A stretch of 64,000 nucleotides of DNA from an uncultured Gammaproteobacteria bacterium (GTDB taxonomy: Bacteria; Patescibacteriota; Patescibacteriia; Magasanikbacterales; GCA-002688135). The translations under genes and the position numbers were made by a program. How positions within the stretch are numbered: the first letter of the stretch is position 1; every line of letters begins with the position of its first letter. The notes beneath the pieces were generated by a model. It was not told the origin of the DNA and searched no databases. It was given only the letters and a program-made list of their open reading frames with translations. Of the stretch, positions 8,842-18,193 are shown in pieces. Where the stretch lies: assembly GCA_964536205.1 (NCBI GenBank), contig CAZHVT010000001.1:5944-69943 (forward strand). The letters are read 5' to 3'.

Positions 8842-9933
8842 ATGTCACACATTTATAAACAAGCTATCAAACCCCTTCTTTTCCGTATGGATCCTGAATC
8901 TGCACATGACAGGTTCATTCGCATGGGACATGTATTGGGGCGATATTCTGGCGCTCGCCATGCAACAAGCGCTTTGTTTAGATATGAGCACCCCAGTCTT
9001 TCTCAAAAGTTGTGTGGCTTGAAATTTAAAAATCCTGTTGGTCTTTCTGCAGGATTTGATAAAAATGGTGATCTTACGCAGATTATGGAACCTGTTGGTT
9101 TTGGGTTTATGCAGGTTGGCACACTTACACTTCATGCATACGCAGGAAATCCCAAACCGCGTGCTGTTCGATTACCACATTCTCAAGCGCTCGTGGTGAA
9201 CTATGGTTTAAAAAATATCGGGGTGGAGCACATTCTTCCCAAGCTTAACACGCATACTGATTTCCCTATTGGTGTTTCTGTTGGAAAAACTAATTGTTAT
9301 GAGACAGCTGATGTTAATGCGGGGATTTTGGACTATGCTTCTTGTTTATATAAAGTAATTCAGAGTGGGGCTGGAGATTTTTACACGATCAATATTTCAT
9401 GCCCTAATACTTTTGGTGGTGAGCCGTTTATTACATCTGATCGTCTTGATAGATTATTGACCTCCTTGTTTCGATTAAAAATTGAGAAACCTGTTTTTTT
9501 GAAAATGCCCATTCATCTTGCGTGGAATAATTTTAAACCCTTATTAGATGTTGCTGTTGCTCATGGAGTTGATGGAGTGATTATTGGAAACTTGTGTAAG
9601 GATCGACATTATCCGCTTATCAAAGATGCGTTGTCTCCTGCTGTGAAAGGTGGGATTAGTGGTAAGCCAACATGGGATGCATCTAACGAATTGATTTCTC
9701 AAGCATTTGAAAATTATAGAAATCAATTACTTATTGTTGGTGTTGGAGGAATTTTTTCTGCGGCTGATGCGTATGAAAAAATAAAACGCGGAGCTTCGCT
9801 TGTGCAACTTATTACCGGTATGATTTACGAAGGCCCTCAGCTGATTGGATCTATAAATAAAGGACTTGTGCAACTTCTGCGTGCTGATGGATATAAGAAT
9901 ATTTCTGATGCAATTGGTGCATACCATAAATAA
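8842..9933 (+). CDS. pyrD: dihydroorotate dehydrogenase (quinone), class 2
   Basis: N-terminal LLFRMDPESAHDRF, LKFKNPVGLSAGFDKNG and GVDGVIIGN motifs typical of PyrD; start at internal Met is approximate. Confidence 0.85.
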   Translation: MSHIYKQAIKPLLFRMDPESAHDRFIRMGHVLGRYSGARHATSALFRYEHPSLSQKLCGLKFKNPVGLSAGFDKNGDLTQIMEPVGFGFMQVGTLTLHAYAGNPKPRAVRLPHSQALVVNYGLKNIGVEHILPKLNTHTDFPIGVSVGKTNCYETADVNAGILDYASCLYKVIQSGAGDFYTINISCPNTFGGEPFITSDRLDRLLTSLFRLKIEKPVFLKMPIHLAWNNFKPLLDVAVAHGVDGVIIGNLCKDRHYPLIKDALSPAVKGGISGKPTWDASNELISQAFENYRNQLLIVGVGGIFSAADAYEKIKRGASLVQLITGMIYEGPQLIGSINKGLVQLLRADGYKNISDAIGAYHK

Positions 9934-9967
9934 AAAACGACCTTTTTTCGAGTGGCCGTAAACTCGT

Positions 9968-10423
9968 TTATTTCAGTAATCGCGCGCGGATGTTCATCAA
10001 CCGCGAGCAGAATTCTTCCTCCGTGAGAACTGTCCTTTTCGGATCTGCATTGCCCATCGAGTGGGTCAGTAGTTGGTCACCTGTCGACAGCAGTGCGATT
10101 CGCCAGTGGACGTTTTTTGCGAGTGCATCAAACGCGCGGTCGAGAAGTTTTTGATATTCCTCGCCTTCGCGCTCGTATGCTACGCCATTCCACCACAATG
10201 TTTGCGTCGATTGCCACTCCAGGTTTTTTTGTCGCCCAACTTTTTTTGCCATGCGACCAACCAAGACGCACACCCGTTTCTGATCCAATGGATGCGGAAA
10301 TTTGAATGCTTGCAGCAATCCTTCCATCGACTGACACACCAAACCATCAAAGGTAAAGATGCGCATCGGAAAGTTGGAGAGTTCTGCCGCAGGTCCTGTT
10401 TGTTCCGATGATATGTCGATCAT
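9968..10423 (-). CDS. NADAR (YbiA-like, DUF1768) domain protein
   Basis: LSNFPMRIFTFDGLVCQSMEGLLQAFKF matches the NADAR signature (FLSNF...F...S.E...QA.KF). Confidence 0.65.
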   Translation of the reverse strand: MIDISSEQTGPAAELSNFPMRIFTFDGLVCQSMEGLLQAFKFPHPLDQKRVCVLVGRMAKKVGRQKNLEWQSTQTLWWNGVAYEREGEEYQKLLDRAFDALAKNVHWRIALLSTGDQLLTHSMGNADPKRTVLTEEEFCSRLMNIRARLLK

Positions 10424-10710
10424 GGTTCCATTCTCTTGTTTCCAACTCGTGTGATGGTGGGTGTGAAATTGAAGCGGAATGTCTCATAAAAATGCTCTTC
10501 GCAATCCCCGCAATAGAATTGGATTTCCTCTTCAGCATTGCCTTTTGGATAGCTGAGATAGTCATTGTCACCTTCACCCCAATCTGCGGCGGTATTGCAT
10601 GTCGGACAGTGCGATGTAATTATCACACCCCCCATCTGATACTGCTTGATGTCTTCCAAATAAAAATTTTTGATTTCAATTGTTGTTGCAAAGGCACTTT
10701 TGTCTACCAT
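10420..10710 (-). CDS. small zinc-ribbon protein
   Basis: CPTCN...CGDC pairs; start and stop codons overlap the downstream NADAR gene. Confidence 0.45.
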   Translation of the reverse strand: MVDKSAFATTIEIKNFYLEDIKQYQMGGVIITSHCPTCNTAADWGEGDNDYLSYPKGNAEEEIQFYCGDCEEHFYETFRFNFTPTITRVGNKRMEP

Positions 10711-10813
10711 GATTCTCTCCTCTTTTTTATGTTAATGAACACGAAACTATACCTTAAAAATCACTATTTGTCAATGGTAGCATAAAAAAAGCCCAGCGTG
10801 TGCTGAGTGTAAG

Positions 10814-11128
10814 TTAATTGCTCAAAATGAGTGAGATGATATGCGGGAGATCGCCGGCGAGATCCGCGATGATGCCATCGTGATCGACAGTTACCACTGT
10901 TCGTACCCACTGCTCCACCTCATGCGCTATCGATGGACGAGACCCGCGCGGAATCTCCATTTGTGTGATCAATTCAACGAGTGCCTTGAGTGTATGCAAC
11001 GCAATGTTCTTGCGGTCTGTTTCACCTCCAAGCGCTGCTATTGATGCTTGTCCGGCGAAATCTGAAATCATCATGAGCGTTGCTTCGTAGCCGGGAAGTT
11101 TCTGACTATGTGTTTGTGGTTGTGGCAT
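10814..11128 (-). CDS. hypothetical protein
   Basis: 104-aa ORF. Confidence 0.4.
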   Translation of the reverse strand: MPQPQTHSQKLPGYEATLMMISDFAGQASIAALGGETDRKNIALHTLKALVELITQMEIPRGSRPSIAHEVEQWVRTVVTVDHDGIIADLAGDLPHIISLILSN

Positions 11129-11266
11129 TATGCCCTCCTTATAATGATCGTGACCGAACCATACCTCATCACTTACTTCTTGTCAATATTTTTGACGCCT
11201 GCCCTTCGTAGCTTTAGCGAAGAAGGGTCGAAATAAAAAGTGCCCCCGATTTCTCGAGGGCTTTTT

Positions 11267-12412
11267 CTATAACTCGTTTTGTGGCCAAACGTGGCCAGCG
11301 CGGTTCACCTTGATGAGCCATGGTGCGCCTGTGTTGTATTTCCGGAACTCTTCCAGATCATCTGGTTTGTAGTCCCATGTTTTGTCTTTTTCTTGCGAGT
11401 AGAATTTTACCTCGTACTCCCCTTTGTGTGTATTGCGGAGATCGCTCCTGCCGTTTGTTGGAAAATCTGGCCAATGTTCCTCGTGTGTTGTCCCGCCAAC
11501 CACATTTGTTTTGATAACATCCCATTCGTGATAGTCGAATGAACACCACTCATCGTAAACAGGACATTGATCGTAGCACGTGTCGTACTCGGTTCGGTAA
11601 CAGGTGTCGTAGCAGGTCGAACATGTTGTTGTGCAGGATGCATAGCCATTTCCACTAGGTGAGCATGACTCGCGACAATTACAATCATGAGGTCTACAAT
11701 CGTAGCTCACTTGATGAGGATTACAATCGTGCGGATTACATCGTTCGTACTCCTTGAACTTGGTCACACACTTTACATTATGTGCGTCACTTGGCATGTT
11801 TCCATCCCAATCATTGCCATGCTTGAGAAATCGCTGTTCAAGATTTACGGTATGCTCCCAATGAATTCCTGTGACCTCGGCGTTCACTTCATATGGCATG
11901 AAAATCCACAAAAGTAATCCGACTACTAATGCAATGCCGCCGATAATGCTCGCGATTTTTATCATTCGCGTTTTACGCTGTCGCGCAAACTCGAAATCAA
12001 CTTCATAGCGATCAAAAGATGATGTGAAATCATCATTTCTGCGAATCGGCGTTCCTGGTTTCATATCCTGCTCGGGATGATACCGCTTAGTTTCCCGTGC
12101 CTCTGGATGGAAACTATCCATATCTTTTTTTCCGGCGCAGTTACGGCAACTGCCATTGAGATTTCTCTCCTGCGATCCGCAGTACTCGCACACCCAGTTT
12201 GCTCCAGCATTCGCTTCACGCAAACGCTCGGCGTCGGTGACGGATGCAACTTTTGTCGAGTCACCAGGCATGATGTCTTTTTCATCAGCCTCTTTTGGCG
12301 ACCCACAACTCTGACACTGCGTGTGGCGTCCTTTATTCACATGATGACAGCTCGAGCATTCCCATGTCAGCTCGATAATGCGATGCCCTCTGCGTTTCAT
12401 GAATCCCTCCAT
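11267..12412 (-). CDS. Cys-rich single-pass membrane protein with two N-terminal zinc ribbons and a C-terminal Cys-rich ectodomain
   Basis: CSSCHHV...CQSCGS and CEYCGS...CRNCAG, TM helix MIKIASIIGGIALVVGLLLWIF, then about 24 Cys in 200 aa. Confidence 0.5.
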   Translation of the reverse strand: MEGFMKRRGHRIIELTWECSSCHHVNKGRHTQCQSCGSPKEADEKDIMPGDSTKVASVTDAERLREANAGANWVCEYCGSQERNLNGSCRNCAGKKDMDSFHPEARETKRYHPEQDMKPGTPIRRNDDFTSSFDRYEVDFEFARQRKTRMIKIASIIGGIALVVGLLLWIFMPYEVNAEVTGIHWEHTVNLEQRFLKHGNDWDGNMPSDAHNVKCVTKFKEYERCNPHDCNPHQVSYDCRPHDCNCRESCSPSGNGYASCTTTCSTCYDTCYRTEYDTCYDQCPVYDEWCSFDYHEWDVIKTNVVGGTTHEEHWPDFPTNGRSDLRNTHKGEYEVKFYSQEKDKTWDYKPDDLEEFRKYNTGAPWLIKVNRAGHVWPQNEL

Positions 12413-12661
12413 TGCTAAAAGTTTTGCAGAAATACAATTTGAAAGAACATAGTACTATAACATGATATTTCACTTTTGTCAATGTTTATACGCAAAAATT
12501 GATATCTATTGACCTATTGCTGGGTCTATGGTATTATCTTCCGACACAAAAGACTCGCAGCATAGGTGGGCTTCCCACACGTCGGTATGTCAGGTCTAAG
12601 TGTTTATATATAAGAGGTGCTGCTTAATCCTCGGATTATCTGCATCTCGCGAACCGAATCT

Positions 12662-12859
12662 ATGACCGGTACCATTGCAAGAAAAATGGACAAGGGTTAC
12701 GGATTCATCAAATCAGATGAGATGGAAAAAGATCTCTTCTTCCACGCCAAGGAATTGGTTGGAGTAATGTTTGATGAATTGAACGAGGGCGACGCAGTAA
12801 CTTTCGAAGTTGCTGAAGGACCTAAGGGCGCAAACGCTGTGAACGTACAGCGCGCGTAG
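12662..12859 (+). CDS. cspA: cold-shock protein (CspA family)
   Basis: MTGTIARKMDKGYGFIKSDE...DLFFHAKEL aligns with the cold-shock domain RNP motifs (KGFGFI, VFVHF-like); long leader upstream. Confidence 0.8.
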   Translation: MTGTIARKMDKGYGFIKSDEMEKDLFFHAKELVGVMFDELNEGDAVTFEVAEGPKGANAVNVQRA

Positions 12860-12948
12860 TAACCGTCCCAAAAACCACTCTTTACGAGTGGTTTTTGTTT
12901 TGCAATTTAAAAATCCCCTTTTTGGGGGATTAAGCGCTACTTGATGTA

Positions 12949-13332
12949 CTAGTTGGCGTTTTCTTGCCCTGTTTCGCCCTGGGGAATGAGAAGGCTACGC
13001 AACTTGGCTTGCATGCGATACATCATGGCGAGTGCAGCCCAGAATTTGTGATCCTCCGCGTGATCGTCACTTATGTCTTTCAACCATGACTCAACCTTCA
13101 ACTCAAGATAGCTCGTCATGTAGGTAACCTTCGCTTTGTCAGCTACTGACAGACTCCCCACCAATGCAGGATCTCCGAATATATCTCCAGTCTGTCTCAG
13201 GGGATAAATAATGTCTCCCACAGTACCTAACACTTCAGAATCTCCAGAATCGAGAATTTCACGAGTCAATGCATCAACTTCTGTTTCCGTTCTTTTGAGA
13301 AGTACGACGAGTAGTGCGTTTGGTTCATCCAT
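12949..13332 (-). CDS. hypothetical protein
   Basis: 127-aa ORF. Confidence 0.4.
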   Translation of the reverse strand: MDEPNALLVVLLKRTETEVDALTREILDSGDSEVLGTVGDIIYPLRQTGDIFGDPALVGSLSVADKAKVTYMTSYLELKVESWLKDISDDHAEDHKFWAALAMMYRMQAKLRSLLIPQGETGQENAN

Positions 13333-13450
13333 TATGTCCTCCGTTTGAATGAGCGTACACTATTACATCATACCCGTTCGGATTAATCAATTATTGACAC
13401 TTTAACCATCTTTTGATACATTCTTCTCATCGCTCATAAAAGGAGGCATC

Positions 13451-13744
13451 GTGCACTTTGCCACGTTTCAACAAACAATCGCTGTAAACTTCGAAGATCC
13501 GCACAATTTTCGTGATCTGACTGACATGACCGGATTCAACTTTCCTTTGTTTTCGGCCGAACTTTCTCATCGACAATTTGGTCGATTTGAGATTCGCGTT
13601 GCAGAGGCTTCTCGTCGATATTGGAATGCATGGATTGAGCGCGCAGTGCTCGGAACACGCAATCTCCGTATTAACGGCGCACGATCTATCGATATTGCAC
13701 TTACTTCGTTCATTCCGATTGTTCAATCGCATTTGATTGATTGA
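13451..13744 (+). CDS. hypothetical protein
   Basis: GTG start 5 nt after AGGAGG; followed by a strong terminator. Confidence 0.45.
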   Translation: MHFATFQQTIAVNFEDPHNFRDLTDMTGFNFPLFSAELSHRQFGRFEIRVAEASRRYWNAWIERAVLGTRNLRINGARSIDIALTSFIPIVQSHLID

Positions 13745-13751
13745 AATTCAT

Positions 13752-13780
13752 CCGCATGTCTACAGACATGCGGTTTTTTT
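13752..13780 (+). terminator. Rho-independent terminator ccgcatgtcTACAgacatgcgg + T7
   Basis: 9-bp perfect stem plus T-run. Confidence 0.7.
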
Positions 13781-13822
13781 GATGTGAATATGTTTTTTGC
13801 TAAAATTGGTCACCAACTTATC

Positions 13823-13905
13823 TTATTTCCACATCACCTTGTCTTTATCCACATCTATGCACACCTTTGTGGATAACATGTGGAAGTTATGCACATATCC
13901 ACAGA
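13823..13905. promoter_or_regulatory. Cluster of DnaA-box motifs (perfect TTATCCACA at 13845-13853, GTTATCCACA on the opposite strand at 13868-13877, TATCCACA at 13897-13904, plus weaker TTTCCACA/TGTGGAAG)
   Basis: Matches to the DnaA box consensus TTATCCACA read directly. Confidence 0.5.
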
Positions 13906-14759
13906 TTGTGTGCATAACCATGTGTATTGTTTGTGATTACACACAGTTTTAAATTCAATGTCCAACTTCTCTGCAACTAATTTAAGTAAAAAAGCTACGT
14001 TGACAAAACCGGTTTTTCATGTTATACTGTTTATGTAACTGAGATGACCGTTTGCACACCACTTACGCATCCGCGTTACCCATCATGTACAGTTAGCACC
14101 ACCACTACCAACTGTATATACCACTACAACCACTTAGTTCATTCATGGGCCTGTCGCACCTGCGATAGACCTACAATCAAATCTTCCTCGTTCACTCGTT
14201 GGGAGAATTGGGTTTAACCTCTTTCTCCATCACTCTGCTCTGCTTTATGCTTACGTATATACCAAACAGGACACTGTGTGGCATACTCATAAGCTTGGGA
14301 ACCTCTTTTAGATGGATCTCCCGTGGCTTGGGTAGGATGATGAGGTAAGTCACTCGGAAAATCCAGGAGAGTTATGTTGCAGATGCGTATAGCATGAGAT
14401 GTCTCATGTCGTACTATACGCGTCTGCAGGTACTCGTCGATTATCCGAAGGGGGTACTGCAGGCTTTAAGCAACACTGTAAGGCTGTCGCAGACCCCTCT
14501 TTTTTTTGCTTAAAACCAGAAATCTCCGATTTCGTAAGTTTTAAGTATTCCCGAGGCCTACCACAATTTTGAAAATATTACGCGTATCGCATACCACTTA
14601 GTCAGAAGAATGCACAGATGAACCTAGCCGTGTGGAACAAAGCAAGAGGCGAGCTGAGGATTTTTACCAAGACTAATACGCCTCCATCGTATTCCCTTCG
14701 AAATTTCTGATTGCCTTAATTTTCTTGGACGCATCCGAAGCCTATCAAGCAGATTTTTA

Positions 14760-14783
14760 ACACCACATAATGTGGTTTTTTTA
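14760..14783 (+). terminator. Rho-independent terminator ccacatAAtgtgg + T7
   Basis: Hairpin plus T-run ending an ORF-free transcript region. Confidence 0.55.
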
Positions 14784-15054
14784 TTTCTCTAAAAAATGCG
14801 GATGTGCCTGGCTTCTGGTGCGATAGATACTGAATTCCGTATTTACCATTACACCCACCTAACAAGAGCATTCACCATCCAAGAAATACAGCATCATCAG
14901 CACCAAGATCTAAGAGAGCAAATCTTCACCCACAACAATTTATTATATATTTTGTCACAAAAACCCCAACAAAAAAGTAAATTATTATCCCCAAACCAAC
15001 TTGACATAGCCCCTATTTCGGAGGATAATGATTTCATAATTTTGATATAGAAAT

Positions 15055-15435
15055 ATGGCTGGACACACAAAAACATTTGTTAAAAAAATGAATGAGCAAC
15101 TTCTTGAGGAAGAAACTCGATTGAAGTTTGAATTGGGTCAAATTGCTGATCCTCAAGCTGAAGGTGGAAGTGAATATGAAACTCGTTTCCCGCAATATGG
15201 AGATTCTGAAGAAGATAATGCCGCAGAAGTTGAGGATTTTAGTCATAACATTGCGATGAAGGGTACATTAACCAAAGAACTAGCGGATGTTCAGAAAACC
15301 CTCAAAAGGCTCGATTCTGGCGATTATGGTATTTGCAAGTATTGTGAGCAACCCATAGAGGAAAAGCGCTTAGAGGCGCGTCCTACGTCTAATTCTTGTG
15401 TTGCGTGCAAGAAGGCCTTAAAACAAGAGATTTAA
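15055..15435 (+). CDS. DksA/TraR-family C4 zinc-finger transcription factor
   Basis: C-terminal CKYCEQPIEEKRLEARPTSNSCVACK four-Cys finger; acidic coiled-coil N-terminus. Confidence 0.7.
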   Translation: MAGHTKTFVKKMNEQLLEEETRLKFELGQIADPQAEGGSEYETRFPQYGDSEEDNAAEVEDFSHNIAMKGTLTKELADVQKTLKRLDSGDYGICKYCEQPIEEKRLEARPTSNSCVACKKALKQEI

Positions 15436-15605
15436 TCTTTTCAAATGACAAGTGGTCATCGCACTAATAATTGTCACCCAACTGCAGCGATCCTTTTCTA
15501 CTAAACACCCTTAAAGCTTGTCGGCGATGCACCTACATCTCCTCCTCGCTTATTCGGCTCTTTAGCGAAAAACTATCACTACATTTGAATAACACTATTA
15601 CTGTG

Positions 15606-16055
15606 ATGACCACTAAAAAAAAAGCGACATATTTATTTATAGTGTCGTTTTTTTTGTTGATTGTTGATCGTGCGCTCAAAATGTTTGCGATGCGCGACAA
15701 TATTCGTGTATTAATTGAGAATAGATTGCATATTAGATTGTTTGAGAATGATCGTATTGCATTTTCATTACCAGTCTCGTGGGGGCCTTTTTTGTCTGGC
15801 ATTGCAATTATGATTATGATATTTGTTCTTATCAAAGCCTATCGTACGTATCGTGAGTATTATTATGTTGATGCTGTACTTTGGTTGATGATTTTCTTGG
15901 GAGCAGCTTCAAATATTTATGATCGCTTGGTGCACGGATTTGTGATTGATTATATTCATTTACTTCCTGCTTCGTATTTTAATATTGCGGATGTGTTTAT
16001 TGGAGTTGGAATTATTGCGTTGATGTTTATGAAGCCTAAAGTTTGTAGGGTATGA
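15606..16055 (+). CDS. lspA: lipoprotein signal peptidase II
   Basis: About 150 aa with 4 TM segments; FNIADVFIGVG matches the LspA FNxAD motif; upstream part of the listed ORF is probably not translated. Confidence 0.7.
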   Translation: MTTKKKATYLFIVSFFLLIVDRALKMFAMRDNIRVLIENRLHIRLFENDRIAFSLPVSWGPFLSGIAIMIMIFVLIKAYRTYREYYYVDAVLWLMIFLGAASNIYDRLVHGFVIDYIHLLPASYFNIADVFIGVGIIALMFMKPKVCRV

Positions 16056-17248
16056 AGTACATAGTTCAAGTTGGGAGAGAGCCGGCCCTAGCGGTTTCAG
16101 AGGTTCTCACACTCGCCGAAACATTTAATAAACAAGTTACCATGTCGTGGGTTCACGATTCTTTAGTTTGTTTTGAAGCGGATTCTGCGTGTGATTTTAT
16201 GACGACTGATCGACTTGGTGGTGCTTTGAAAGTTATTGAGCCTCTTGAATATGTTGATGATGTTCATACTGCGATAGTTGAGCATGTTTTGAAAACTGAA
16301 GGTAAAATTACGTTTGGGATTAGTTCGTGGATTGATGATGATCGACTAGCGCCGCAACACCTTTGTCCTGCAATTAAATCTGAATTGCGGGATCATGATC
16401 GTTCTGCGCGATTTATATTGCCAAAGAAAAAGCAGTTGGATGCTGCTGCAATTATTCATAGTGATATTTTGAAATCTGGTGGTGAGTTTCATATTATCCC
16501 GGAGGGTGACAAGATTTTGTTAGGACGATCGACGTCAGTCCATGATATAGATGCGTGGAGTACACGTGATTTTGAAAAGCCTGCACGCGATGCAAAACGT
16601 GGCATGTTGCCACCAAAGTTAGCGCGTACGATGGTGAATTTGAGTGGGATTTCTTCAGGAACTATTTTGGATCCGTTTTGTGGGACAGGAACTGTTTCTA
16701 TGGAAGCGTCGTTATTAGGATTTGATGGGATTGCGTCTGATGCAGACCCAGAAGCTATTGAAGCAACAAAACAGAATATTGAGTGGCTTTCCTCTGTCAT
16801 CCCGAATATGATTGTCATTCCCGCGAAGGCGGGAACCCATGTAGAAATACTGCAAAGTGATGCGCGCGACGTAGCACGCCGAATTAAAAAGGATGTTGAT
16901 GCAATTGTTACAGAACCATTTCTCGGCAATCCAAAAAAACTTACACATGCACAACGAGAAGAACATGCATTAGGAATTGCGGATTTGTATGCTGATGCTT
17001 TAAAAAATTGGACGAAATTTCTCGAAAAGGGAGCGAGGGTTGTGATGGTAATTCCATTGTACGTAACAAAAAAGGGATTAGTGGCAATCCCGATTCATGA
17101 TAAAATTTCTACATTAGGTTACGAAGTTATCGAGCCGCCGACTAAACCTATTTCGCTCGATGACCAACTCTCTCCTGCTGGTAATCTCCTCTACGGCCGC
17201 GATGATCAACGCGTGCTCCGCGAAATTATTTTGTTACGCAGAAATTAA
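16052..17248 (+). CDS. THUMP-domain RNA (guanine-N2)-methyltransferase-like protein
   Basis: DPFCGTGT SAM motif and TEPFLGNP motif IV-like segment typical of RlmL/Trm11-type N2-G methyltransferases; contains repeat R1 in-frame. Confidence 0.7.
   Translation: MKYIVQVGREPALAVSEVLTLAETFNKQVTMSWVHDSLVCFEADSACDFMTTDRLGGALKVIEPLEYVDDVHTAIVEHVLKTEGKITFGISSWIDDDRLAPQHLCPAIKSELRDHDRSARFILPKKKQLDAAAIIHSDILKSGGEFHIIPEGDKILLGRSTSVHDIDAWSTRDFEKPARDAKRGMLPPKLARTMVNLSGISSGTILDPFCGTGTVSMEASLLGFDGIASDADPEAIEATKQNIEWLSSVIPNMIVIPAKAGTHVEILQSDARDVARRIKKDVDAIVTEPFLGNPKKLTHAQREEHALGIADLYADALKNWTKFLEKGARVVMVIPLYVTKKGLVAIPIHDKISTLGYEVIEPPTKPISLDDQLSPAGNLLYGRDDQRVLREIILLRRN
16813..16838 (+). repeat. R1 hairpin repeat copy a (TGTCATTCCCGCGAAGGCGGGAACCC)
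   Basis: One of five near-identical about 26-bp elements; this one lies inside the THUMP methyltransferase gene and is translated as IVIPAKAGT. Confidence 0.7.
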
Positions 17249-18189
17249 GCAACCTCGTCAATATCTTCTGGTTTCACTGGTTTTCTCTCTTGCGTTGCTG
17301 CATGCGGATCTATAGTATCTTTTTGAACCGCTTCCAGTGATGGAAGTGTTTTTTCTGTGCCGTCATATTCTACTGTATCATCGATAGGATTTACTGCAGC
17401 TACCGTTTCTCCTGTCTCATCAACCTCACCTGTAATTGCCAAAAGATCTCGTGCAACTGTGTCGTCAGTTGGAGATACATGCTCAAGCGTAGGCTCTTCT
17501 CCTGTGAACCTTTCCGTCCCTGCTCTTTCTGACCGTCTTGAAAATGTTGGTTGGGTCACCGCTAGTTTTAATGTTTCCTCTGGATCACTGTGGGTTTCTA
17601 ACATTCGCTGTTCTAATATTGCAAACTCTCCCATTAATCCCTCGATCTTTGCTCGAAAGGCTTTCAGTTTTTCTGGTTCAACACTTTTACCTTCCAGAAT
17701 TTCATCACTTGTTTCAGCTCGTGCATCATCAATTGATTCCTCATACTCATTAGTAACCTCTTCAAATTCTGTTTTCCACTGTCTAAATACTCCTTCTAAT
17801 TGAGCATCTCTATCCTCAAGTACATTTGCTGCAAAAGTCATTTCATCATCACTCTCATCTGATACCACATGCAATTCACCATACTTTTCCTTTATATATG
17901 TTGCTCTTATGACCAACAAAGAAACAAGCCTGCTCGCCTTCACTTGTAAGCGTGCAATATCGACCAACGATATTTTGTCCTTTGCGAGAACCTCCTCAAC
18001 ATCATTAAACTGCGTTTCCCTTTCAGTAAACGTACTCTCAATTAATTCTTCAATGCGCTCAATTTTCTTTTTTCGTTCTTCGGGTGAATCCTGCTCCACC
18101 TCTTCTGGTTGTTCTTCTTTCGGTTCAGAAAACTCGACCTCTTTCTTATTTCTTCTTGCTAGATACTCATCTATTTTTTTAAAAAATCC
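17245..18189 (-). CDS. highly acidic coiled-coil protein, function unknown
   Basis: Start placed at MGFFKK 5 nt after GGAGG; about 30% Asp+Glu. Confidence 0.5.
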   Translation of the reverse strand, partial: GFFKKIDEYLARRNKKEVEFSEPKEEQPEEVEQDSPEERKKKIERIEELIESTFTERETQFNDVEEVLAKDKISLVDIARLQVKASRLVSLLVIRATYIKEKYGELHVVSDESDDEMTFAANVLEDRDAQLEGVFRQWKTEFEEVTNEYEESIDDARAETSDEILEGKSVEPEKLKAFRAKIEGLMGEFAILEQRMLETHSDPEETLKLAVTQPTFSRRSERAGTERFTGEEPTLEHVSPTDDTVARDLLAITGEVDETGETVAAVNPIDDTVEYDGTEKTLPSLEAVQKDTIDPHAATQERKPVKPEDIDEVA

Positions 18190-18193
18190 CATA

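Noticed and set aside
14040-14510. RNase P RNA, tmRNA or SRP RNA
   Set aside because: Only a weak P4-like match (cggaaaatccagg) with no complementary ACAGAAACCCGG-like strand. There is no tRNA-like 3' end or tag-peptide reading frame for tmRNA and no GGAA-tetraloop domain IV for SRP. It is left as an unassigned structured region.
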